Of a DNA stretch of 64,000 nucleotides, positions 12,832 through 24,800 are shown piece by piece (the first letter of the stretch is position 1; each line of letters begins with the position of its first letter). The translations under genes and the position numbers were made by a program. The notes under the pieces were generated by a model. The model saw only the letters and a list, made by a program, of their open reading frames with translations. It ran no database searches and had not been told where the DNA came from. The DNA is from Pocillopora damicornis (taxonomy: Eukaryota): positions 124,001-188,000 of the forward strand of contig NW_020845282.1 in NCBI RefSeq assembly GCF_003704095.1, read 5' to 3'.

Positions 12832-15800
12832 ATGTCCAGGGCTGCAATATTGTTACAGGAGCTTGAACGTCTCAGAAGAAATGGTTATTCTGAAAGTTTT
12901 TTGGTAATTGAAATATTAGTGTTTTATTAGCTTTTATCATGCATGTTTTTATTAAGGATGCAATTTTTTTCTATTACCTTTTTAAGTATTTTCCAAGGTT
13001 TGATCTATTTGGGAGAAAAAAAATTAATTGAAATTTGCTATATGTGCCAAGGTTGTTTTAAACAGTGTGGCATGTACCAAAGTATTGATGGATAGTCTTT
13101 TTAAAATTAAAAAAAATGTATGAAAACTGAAAATAAAATAATTCCCTATTTTACCAGGATTATCATTTGAATACTTATGTTGCATTTGTTACATATCAGT
13201 TCTACCCACTAAGAACTTCATTATAGGACAAAAATTAATTTGGAAAAAAATGGAATAGAATCAGATGTTTTAATATTTTTTTCCATAAGATGGTATTATA
13301 GGCAGCTGTGTCGTAAGGCAAAATCCAAACGTGAGAGCCTGCTTACAAGCTAAACAGAAATAGGTCTTATAGGCAGCAGACAGAGCTGTCACTGTTTGTG
13401 GTAAACCACTGGTAACCAGGTTATATTAACCCTTTNNNNNNNNNNNNNNNNNNNNNNNNNNNNNNNNNNNNNNNNNNNNNNNNNNNNNNNNNNNNNNNNN
13501 NNNNNNNNNNNNNNNNNNNNNNNNNNNNNNNNNNNCTTCTTTAGTTGGTGATCATTTCCTTTATCCTCATGATCTTAATGTTTGATTCAGGGATGATGTT
13601 GTAAGGAGAATTTAGATATTAGTCACTCTTAGGGATTAAAGGGTTAAGTAATTTAGATATCCTATCTTGTTCTCAGAGCTGAAATTCTTTGGTTAACGTT
13701 TCGGGTTAACCATCAATCTGCATGCCTTCTGACCTTTACTCTAAGGTGTCTACTTTATTCTTTTGGCAGTGCAAAGGAAATCTGAATTTGATCTCCCACC
13801 CAGCCTTGGTACAACTTTAGAATTAGGTCATTTTGATCACCTGGAAGAACGCTTGACTCGCAGTATGTACAAGCAGCGACTGCACGTGCTCCTTCACATC
13901 GAGGAATTTGAGCGTCGGCGACAGATGACAAGGTTGAAAAATTGTTCGTACATCAATCATGCTTTTAGAATACCCAACAATAACCTTGACTTTGTTAACA
14001 TCAATCAAATGCTAGATGTATTTGAGAAATGACAGTCAAACTGTAAAAACAGTGGGTGTAGTTTAAGGTTTTTTTACACCCTAACATCAGCATGTATATT
14101 CTCCATACTGTTCTCTATATATTTCCTAATGTGCTGGCTAGGAGAATTTGTTTAACAATCAAGAGCTACTTAGTTGGTGATCATTTCCTTTATTCTTATG
14201 ATCTTATATGTGTGATTCAGTGGTGATATTGTGTGGAGAATTTAGATGCTGGTCACTTTTAAATTTAAGTGCTGTTCTATTCCAGGCTCACCATACATTA
14301 CATAGATCTTCACTATTGTACTCAACCATGTGCTACTGACCCGTCCCAAGTGACTATTGTCCTTCCAGTCCACGAAGACCTCATGGATGATGCTACTCTC
14401 CTAATCAGACGTGGAGGCCATGCTTTGGTTAGATTGCAACAACACGCCATGCCAAATCCTCTCCTGTACGAGGTGGTAGTGGAGAGTTTGAAAAAGAATC
14501 GTGTATTACTACGTGCTAGCGCCTTACTTATGGAAAGGCTGAGATCTAAAGTATCACTTCCAGCTTCTGTGTGCTTTCGTTTCGTGGACACGTACCAATT
14601 CATGCACTGGGCATTAGAGAATGTCAGCTTAGATGTAGTATTCCCGGCTGTTCCAGAAGGAATTCGCGAACAGTGGACAAATCACTCGACGTGTGCCAAG
14701 CTGTTGAACGAGTCTCAAACCTATGCGCTGAAGCAGATGTTGTCGCCTCACTCGGGACCTCCTTTGTTGATTCTGGGTCCGTTTGGGACCGGAAAAACCA
14801 GGACCATCGCTGAAGCCATCAAAGAGCTTATCTCGATTCAGTTGAAAAGCTCACCAAAATATCGTATTCTACTTTGTACTCATTCCAACAGCGCAGCCGA
14901 TCATTATATCAAAAATCATCTTCATCCTTACTTAACAAACGCAAATATTTCAGCTTTGATGTTCAAACCCTTGCGCATTTGCTGGGAAAATCGTTTTGTC
15001 AGCACCGTCTCTGACACAGTACTTCAATATTGTCTCTTGGATCGGCGCACTGGAAAATTTGCAATGCCTGACGAGGAGTCACTACTGAAACGTAGAGTTG
15101 TGGTGACCACTCTCGTCACTGCAGCCTCCCTGGCTAATCTTAATTTGCCTCCTGGATTTTTTACGCACATCTTCATTGATGAAGCTGCTCAAGCCATGGA
15201 AGTAGAAACGATCATCCCGCTTTGCTTTGCAGGACCTAAAACGCAGGTGGTCCTGGCAGGAGATCATCTTCAGGTAACGATGAATAATTATTATTTGTAT
15301 TAGAGCAGTTTTCAATTGACTGTCGTCAACCAAAACTAAAATTATCTTTCAGCCAATCATAACAAAGGTTTGCGTCATCATCAACCAATAAGGAGTCAAG
15401 AAAAAACGGGCGAACTACCAAAAGCGCGGGAAAACGTCAGCGAACAAGTAGTGATTGGTTTTAGTTTTGCATCTGATTGGTTCAAAGAGTGGCGTGAGTT
15501 TCTGGACCAATCACAGACCGAAGTAAGGCAAAACTATGGCAATCTCGGCTTACTTTCGACACTCTATTGAAATTAATCTATTGATAATAACATTAAGCTA
15601 CGAGTGGAAAATGAGTGTGTAACATCTCTCTAACAAATAAACAACGCGCGTTTGGTTTAAGTTTTTCATCTAATTTGTTGAAAATGTCACGCGAGTTTCC
15701 TACACCAACGACAGTGTAAAGAACGTTGCGATTGAGTGTCCGGCGTTAAACCGAAAGCACAGCGTCATTAACGGCCAATCAGAAGAAAGGAAAATTTCTA

Positions 15801-18800
15801 CGAACAGCCAATGAGAGCTCAAAATAATAACAGCACAAAGGGCGGGAAAACGTGGGTAACCAAGTCGGTTTCTATTTTAAATCTGATTGGTTAAGAAAAC
15901 AGCGCGAGTTGTCAAAACCAATCACATGGCGAAGTAAACAAAACCTATCCAATCCTGGATTACTTGTCGGCACTCTGATAATTAAAAGTTTCTTCTTTTT
16001 TATTTTCTGTTTTTATAGCTTAACCCTCCCATCATGTCTCCAGTTTCACAACGACTAGGTCTCGGCCGCTCTCTCTTGGTGCGTCTCTATGAGCTTTATC
16101 CATCAATGTCAAGATGGAAGGTTCAATTGCTTCAAAACTACAGAGCCTATGATGATATTGTGGACGTTCCATCTCATCTGTTTTACCAAGACACACTCGT
16201 TGCTAAACTGAAGCGCCCTCGTGAGCTACCGTATTCTATCGCCTTCTATGGTGTTCATGGACAGGAAGAAATCGCAGATGATCCGCCGTCTTTTTTGAAC
16301 AGAGGAGAAGCGGCAGAAGTGGCTGACCGTGTGGAGGAATTGATAAATCAATGGCCAACTCGTTGCTGGGGAGAAGCTGACCCAGCACGCATTTGTGTAC
16401 TCTCTCCGTATCCAACACAGGTATGGCAGCTGTATGTTTTCAAATTTCTTCTGAATCTGATATGTCCTTGTGCTAAGAATCACAGAATATTCAATTGTGT
16501 AGCAGTGTGGTCGTCCATGTGAGGGTGTAATCCTGTGAAGTGTGATGCTGTGTCAGTGGGGGGCTAACAACAAGATGATTTGGTTTTGTTATTCTTTGGC
16601 CACCGTAAAGAGTTTCTTAAGCTGATGAATTGATCGGTAACCCCATTTTCTAAGGCGCTGACAAGGAGAATTTGTTTAACAATCAAGAGTTGCGTCAGTT
16701 GGTGATCATTTATCAATGCCTTTCCTGAACGTGAGCAGCGAGGGAAACAATGATTTGGAAAATGCCGCCGGAGCACACCATAGTTCTTCAGCGAACAATA
16801 GCAAACATGTATGTTTTTTTATTTTTTATTTTTTAGGTGAGAGAAATCAGAAGACTCCTGCGAGCCAAATCCTTGGGTGGCGTTAAAGTGGAGGGAGTAA
16901 CTAATGTCCAAGGTAGAAATCTCTGCAATGTACGAAGTGATTGAATATGGACCTAATTAGTGACCTTTCTCTTCCATGAGTTTTCTGTACCTATATCGGT
17001 AAAGGAATTTAAATCGGATACGAAACTGATTGGTTGCTCTTGTTACGCTATATTACGAGTACACAGAGTAGTTTTCAATTGAGTGTCGAAAGTAATCCGG
17101 GGTTGCTATGGTTTTACATCACGTCGCATTGTGATAAGTCCAAAAAACTCACGCCACGTTTTCAACCAATCATTGGCGACTTGGTCACCCGCGTTTTCCC
17201 GCGCCCCAGGGAGATTGTTTATATATACTTTGAGGTCTTATTGGCTCCTTATGATATTTTCCTTTGCTCTGATTGGCTCTAGAGATTAGAATGGTTTTGG
17301 TTTTGCAACACTCAATCAAAATGCACTCTATTTGAGAACTGTTTGGTTATTAATAACGGTACAACAGCCTATAGTACTCGCTCAAAAGTATTTCTATGAC
17401 TACGAAGTAGCCGAAGCTTAATTACTTACTGATACAGGGAAATTTTTATTTCCCTTACAGGATTGGAGTTTGACGTATTATTCATTAGCACAGTGAGAAC
17501 CTACGATGCATCTACCGCAGATGACAGCAGTAAAAAGAACATGGGGTTCCTCTCTGATTGCAAGCTACTGAATACTGCCATCACTAGGGCACGGTTTCGC
17601 CTTGTCATCATTGGGGACCCTGTGGCACTCTGTTCCATTGGGGAGTGCCGCGTCTGTTTCAAGATGATCCTCGGCAGGTGCAATAGCAATAAAACCTTTC
17701 ACTACCGCTTAGCTTTTGAAATGGTCATCAAGATGACGAAAGATGCGAAGAGTGAAAGAGAAAGCAAACAGGTGCAGAAGCAAGGTCCGACTGCCTTGAG
17801 TACACCGACGAGGAATAACCCATCTTACATCCCAGTTGTCAACGCGGTCCCTGACGTACTAGCCCCTGTTTTTCCTCGAGGGCCCATGCCAGGAAACCAG
17901 AGGAATGTTCCCTTTGTACAAGAAGGTCCACCCCTTGGGAATTATGGTCCTTTCGCAGGAAGACCTTCAATTTTCATCCGCCCCCAAGGTCCACTTTACA
18001 TGCAAAGACAACCTGTTCCTTTGCCCGTGCATCCTGTTCCGCTCGTTAGAAACCCCCCTCAGCAACACCCACCGATTGGTTTTGTGCCTCAGGTTGTTCT
18101 GCCACAGCAGATGAATCTGCAACATCCGTCAGCTCCCTGGGGTGTAACCCAACAGGCTGTACCACAGCGCCCTCCTCTTAGGGTATTCTTAGCACAGAAC
18201 GGAGCTGAACACATCCGTTCAGCTTCGCGTAGTTCAACACCTCCTTCCTCATTCCATTTGCGCGATGCAACCCCTAAGGTACAGAAGGATCAAACACTGA
18301 ATCAGCCCAGCTTGACCACAGAAGAACCACCGATGTCACTTCCATCGTCGCTTCAAATTAGCTTGCATGACAGGAAAGAAATGCTGTACAAAGAGAGAGA
18401 TTTATTGAATAAGTTGAAATCTTCCTCCACTAACTCCGCCGTTCAAGAAAATATTTTGAGACAGATTAATCTGATTGAGAAGGAATGTAAACTCCTTCAG
18501 AATCGTCAATCCCTACATAGCGCTCTTACTGGTCTCATGAATGGCGGGGAATCTGATAGTAACCATAGTGATAATGGTGGGAGGTCTGTGGCACGCCCGA
18601 ACCTCGATGACGCGGATGGAATCTACCCAGAAGACGATTATGAAGATTCTGAGACAGAAGAATGGTTCATGGCACAACAGAAAGATCCCATCGTTCTAGA
18701 TTATATCAAAGCTTTTGAAACTTTGACATCCAGAACAGAGAATGATTCCGAGGAAGGAGCCATTTCTCCTCCAGCATCGATCAGAGACGGTTCTTCGCCT

Positions 18801-21800
18801 GTTTGCAGTGACAGTGCCACGACGTCTATTGGTGAGGGACAGAAAGCCCCGCCCTTACAAGGATGGATCCTACAGCCCAGTGAGAGCACAGTTTACATTG
18901 AGAACTACTCCATCAATGAAGAACACTTGGAAAGGGAAGAGGCACAGTCCAAAGTCGCTTTAGGTGAACTCGAGGCTTGTGCTCTACAGATTGATAACCA
19001 CAGCGATGGTAATACCGCCATTGCTAAGGTTTGTGACCCAGATAAGCCTGACATCCGCATCAATAGCCGAGCAGACGTAAACAGAGCTTTCAATGGAGAT
19101 GTGGTCGCTGTGGAGATCACCAACAAGGACCGAGATACAGGTGATCCTCAAGGTAAAGTGGTGGCCATTCTGAAGGAAATTCATCCCAGGAAAGTAGTTT
19201 GCCGTTTGGACAGCCAAGACAGAAACGTAATGACGCCCATTAACAGATGCAACTCCAAGTTTGTCATCTTACGAAGCAGAGACCATCAAGGGCAGACTGG
19301 GGTGGCTGTTTTCGCAATGAGAGATAAAAGAATTAACTTTGCAAATTTTGTGACGGAAACGGAAGGGAAGTTGTTTCTGGTGCAGCTCATGAAATGGGGA
19401 GCAAGTTACCGCTTTCCCCTCGGCTTTGTTGTGCAGTGTTTCAACGAAGGTGGTGATCCACGTCTCTGCATTTCAGTTTTGCTCGCAGAACATGGCGTCC
19501 ACAAACCGCATTCGAAGAAAATCCAGAGTGAAGTCAAGAAGGAGTTCCCTCCTAAATGGAGAATCCCCGAGACAGAGCGTTCCAAGCGAGTGCAATTTGA
19601 AGATGTGTTCAGTATCGATCCCGCTTCGTGCGTTGAGGTTGACGATGCGATGAAGGTTTGTCGGAATCACGATGGAACTTACAAAGTTAGTGTCCACATT
19701 GCAGATGTGTCTTTCTTTGTGACCAAGAATTCCACCTTGGACAAGGCAGCCCTATCACATGGAGCCTCTGTGTATGGCTCTAATGAAGTGTCCCATTACA
19801 ATCCCATGCTGCCATCCTACGTCAGCAAGGAGCTTTGCAGTTTAGTTCCGGGTGAAGAAAGGTTGGCAGTTTCAGTTATCTTTCACTTAAATGAAGAAGG
19901 AATAGAAGTAGCGCGACCTGAAATTCAACGCAGTATAGTAGCGTCTTGCTGCAAGCTAAGCTATGATCAGTGCCAAGATGTCCTTGACGGTAAGAAGGTC
20001 GACAACATCCCTGAACACGTTCAAAAGGGCGTCGGTATCCTGGGTCGGCTATCGTTAAAAATGTGGGCGCGAAGAGTGCGTCAAGGCTATGTATCCCTAG
20101 AACACGATGTAATTAAAACAGGCGTGTTATCTTCCCAAAAGATGGTTGAAGAATTTATGCTTTGGACCAACTGCGCAGTTGCAGAACGACTGCTGCAAAG
20201 CCCTATTGCCAAAACACTAGTACCAGTGCGTCGACAGTTACCCCCTAAGACCCATCTTTTGCGAGAGATTAACGACTCTTGTATCGAGAAAGGTATGGAA
20301 CCGAGGCAGTACCTAGGTCTGCAATGCATTAGTGAACCTTCCGGTCACGAAGATCATCAAAGCGGCGACGAGTGTGTCAACATTAGCTTGAAGACGTGGG
20401 AGAAAGTATCTGCAGCTTTAGATGAAAAAGATATCGGAAAGGTAACCATTGCGTTAATTAAACATGATAGCAAAGCTGGTGTTGGTAAAATTCTGAGTCG
20501 TTTAACATCCATCCGAGAACGAAGCGGTTACGTCGTTTCCTCGAGACTACCTCCTGAGAAATGGCGCCATTTTTCCCTCAACATACCTTCATACACGCAC
20601 TTTACGTCGCCAATACGACGCTACATGGACATTATTGTTCATCGTCTTTTATTGGCTGTTCTTGAAAATCACGACATGCCTTACACAGAGGAAGAACTGG
20701 AGAATATTTGTGAGATGTGCCACATGATGACGTCACGGATTTTCATGTTTGAGAATCAACTTGCATTGGTGTCGAGGGCAGAAATGATAAAGAGAGACTC
20801 CAAATGGAGGCTTGCCAAGGTGGACTGCCTTGCACCAGATTACATACAGTTAGGAGGGGATGAAGTCGAGCATATTTCTCCTTTCAATCGCTGTGTCAGG
20901 ATCCATGATTGCAAGCCGACATCGCGGGACTGGCTGCCAGAGGAGGAAGAGTTAGTCCTTTCTTGGAAGATCTTGGAGATCAATGCGACAGGCCAAAGTG
21001 TGAGAACAGAGTGCAGTCAAGATGATGTCCCCGATGATTCATCTTCTACACAGCATGAAGCTTCCTCAGAAGTGTCGCGACAGCTTCTGGAGATACCGAA
21101 AGAGCTTTGGTTTACATTTCTACAGGGATTTCGTTCTGAAGATCTCCATCAAATGAACCAACAGCGTCAAATGATCGATCGTGACGCAAAGGCTGTGGTC
21201 CGCGTTGAGAAGAAACCATCGAGTTTTTGTCGCAACAAAGCTCCAGAAGAACACATTCTAATGAATTCACTTGGCTGTCATCAAGATTTGAGCGCGCATA
21301 CCAACTTCTACCAAAGAGGAAATACAATTCCCGTCTATTTAGGTGCTGAAATACACCGTGGTCTTCCCAGGCCGAGCATCCTAGCAGTTAGATTCACCGA
21401 GTCGATCGTGTGCTGTTTGAAGCATCGCCGTCATCCTACAAAGTCATTTGGAGTTCCACAGATGGTACCGACCAAAGCAACGTACAGTGACGCAAAAGAA
21501 TATCAAACAGTTATGCTGCCACTACTACAATGCGAAGCAGTCACATCCAGTGTCAATTCAGATTCAGCTAGTCAAGTTATTCTTCAAAATGTATCTGTTC
21601 AGTGGAATGGAAGTGAGTTACCTCTCTCGAATATTAGAATATCAATTGAAACACTCCTCCCTTTCTGTGTAATCATTTTTATTGTCACGGGCATGGGGCA
21701 AATTAAAAAAGAACCAGTCCCCCAAGACTTAAAGGAATCAAACCAAAGTCATACGGGTTCGCAGTCCAATGCCGTGGGGCTCGATGTTTCGCTTCCTCGT

Positions 21801-24800
21801 GGGGTACCCACATTTTTTCGCTATCGCACGCCCGTGAAACAACTAATATCGTCCGTTTTTATCATTCTTCAAACCTTGGTACACTTCTTTGTCTATTTTA
21901 CCAAAATTTTTCAGGAACTCTCACCCTAACATTAGTGTGTATATTCTCTTTACAGTTCTCTATGTAGTTCCTAAGGCGCTGACAGGGTGAATTTGTCTAA
22001 CAATCAAGTCCTTCTCTGTAGTTGATGATCATTTCCTTTATTCTCATGACCTTCATGTGTGATTCAAGCTTGATTACGTAGGGAGAAATTAGACGCTTGT
22101 CACTCATAAGAGTTGAAGGGTTGAGGTTGCGATGACTTTTCGACTTGTTCGCATCATTCCTTCTTCTAAAGACAGGATTGACCGAGGCTTCTTTTGACTG
22201 CCACGAATTATTTTATTCCTATGAAAATATTTAAAAAAAAGAGTGCAATGAATGTTAACTAGAATTATGGTATAATCTTCATTTATTGTAGAAGTTGGCG
22301 AGTTTACTCTTTCCAAGATTTTGTGCGTTGCTCGTGGACTGAAGCTCTCCACTGGTGACTTCTTGTGTCTTCGATGTCACGCTTTGCCTTGTATAGTCCA
22401 TTGTTGTGTCACGCAAGTAGACAGCCGTGACGAAATGGACGTGATTACGTTGGAATTAGTGGACGGCTTCTCCACTGAGGACTTGAATCAGACTTCGTGG
22501 CTGTGCAGCATAGAAGTCATCGAACAAGGACTCTCATTTCGCCGTATGATAAACGCAGTCAAGCGCCTCGGTGAAGCCACGGAGCTTATCAGAAGTGTTT
22601 TCTTAAGGAGGAACATTCCTAAATACCTCGCGCGGGTCCAAATGCGTGAGGGACAAAAGAAGGAAGAGACGAAGACTACTCTACGACTCAACCCTGGACA
22701 GGAAGAAGCAGTAAAGAATGCCGTGAATTCTTCTTTCACCCTGATACAAGGACCTCCAGGTAAAAGCACCCTTCATAACAATTAGCTTGTGCAGGAAGCG
22801 CTTAGCGAAAATGCAAGAAAAGAGACGAGCGGAAGCAAGCACCGAATCAGAACTATATTAAATATCGTAAGGGGGCAATAAGGCTTCAGAGAAAAAACGT
22901 GTTTGATGCCTCAAGCCGGGAAAATGCAAGTGGCCGGTGCGCGATTGGTTTTCGTTTTGCATTTGATCGGATGAGAGGGAGACGCCAATTCTGTACACCA
23001 ATCACAGTGCCAAGCAAAGCAGAACCAATGGAAATCGTGTATCTTATGATATTCAATTCAGATTGATTTAAGCTGGTTCTAAGTTTCACGGTGATCGAGC
23101 AGTACCTTCGTTTAGTTTTTTTTCAAGCCGTTCTTAAATCTTAAGAAGAAACACTGTTCCATGTAACTATTTAAAGGAAAGCTTTTGAGTAGCACTTTCG
23201 TCTGGCACTATTTCTTACTGTCTCTGGAAAAAGACGCATCGTACAAGCGTTCAAATAAACGCTGTACTCCTGTATGGCGCAGTTTATTTTGCCAAAGGAA
23301 GCAGTGCTGACTTCTCTAAATTTTGCCTTTGTAGGAACTGGTAAGACCTGTACTGCCGCACAGGTTGCCTATCAATTTGCTGCCTTGAACAGAAGAGGAA
23401 GAAATGGAGGACAAGTGTTATTCTGTGCTCCTTCAAATCATGCAGTGGATGTGGCGGCAAGTAAGTCTTTTCTCAGCCATAATTGATAACAATTTTTGGT
23501 GGGGCAAGAACGCATTTCGATTGACTGTCATAATATTAAGGCAAAAGTGATCACTCTAGCCAATCAGAAGAAAGGAAATTACAACAAGGAGCCAATAAGA
23601 ACTCAGGGTAAAACTTACCAACCATTTGAAGCGCGGGAAATCGTAGGTAAATGAGTCACGGTTGGTTTTAGCCAATCAGAAGAAAGTAAACTACCACAAG
23701 GAGCCAATAAGAACTCAGGGTAAAAACTTGCCAACCGCTTGGAGCGCGGGAAAACGTGGGTGAACGAGTCACGGTTGGTTTTAGGTTTTATTCTGATTGA
23801 TTGAGAAGATGATACGAGTTTTCTGGACCAATACAGAACGAGGTAAAGCAAAAACAAACCAATCCTGCATTTCTTTCGAAACTCAGTTGAAAATAGCTCT
23901 AAATTATGATGATTATCGAGCTATTCTTTAAAGATGTTATCGAAAGGGGCAGAAGGCTTGTCAGAGAATGGGAGATGGACACTTAAACTAGTCACTATTT
24001 CATCCTTATGACTGTCGTAACTTTCCTTTCATTTTTGGCAAAAGAATTTGGTGTCAAATTCAGTCATTTTGAAATTTATTCACAAAAATATCCTAGTTTA
24101 ACATTAAATTACACACCAGATAGCAAACTTTAGCAGATAAACTGGTGTATTCTCAAAACCCGTTTTCAGAGAACTGTATGGAAATCACAAGGAGATGTTA
24201 CATGTTTATCCTAAAGAGAATTTTAGGGGTGAATTTTTTGTAGGCCGCGATGCATCCGTTATTTTGCCGGTTAAACGGTTAGTACATTTTACCGCCATTT
24301 TGGATTTCCTTAAGCAGAGAAAGATTAGGAGACAGAAAGTTCTTCATAACTGGCCTTTTCCTTGTCCACTGTATCAAACATGGTGGTTTGGCATACTGTA
24401 GATATTTGCCAACGAGAACCTGTGTTCATTAAAAGGACGCTTGCACTGTTGACTAGGCTTGACTGTGCTTTTTCTGTTTGGCAGGGATACTCCAGAAGAT
24501 TCCTGGATTGAAAGTTTTACGGATATATGGTAAAACGATTGAGAACCAATCTTTTAAACAGTCTCTGAGGACAAACTTGCCATCTGCACAAAGTGTTATG
24601 GATAAAGATTGTGAAGATATATCTTTACATTTCCGCGTTCGTAAACGGAGCAATCCGCATTCGTCTAAGCTAAAGGCGGTTGAAGAGGAAATCAAACAGC
24701 TGGAGAAGAGAATCTTAGCGAAAGATAAGGCCAAAAAACAGGAAAAAAACACAAAGGATTTGTGTCTCAAAATGCAAGAGTTGTACCAAGTGCTGGATGA

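Noticed and set aside
21613-21929. Hydrophobic C-terminal tail of the 1488-aa ORF (possible transmembrane anchor)
   Set aside because: It is read-through past the gtgagt donor at 21613. The spliced frame continues in phase at 22292.
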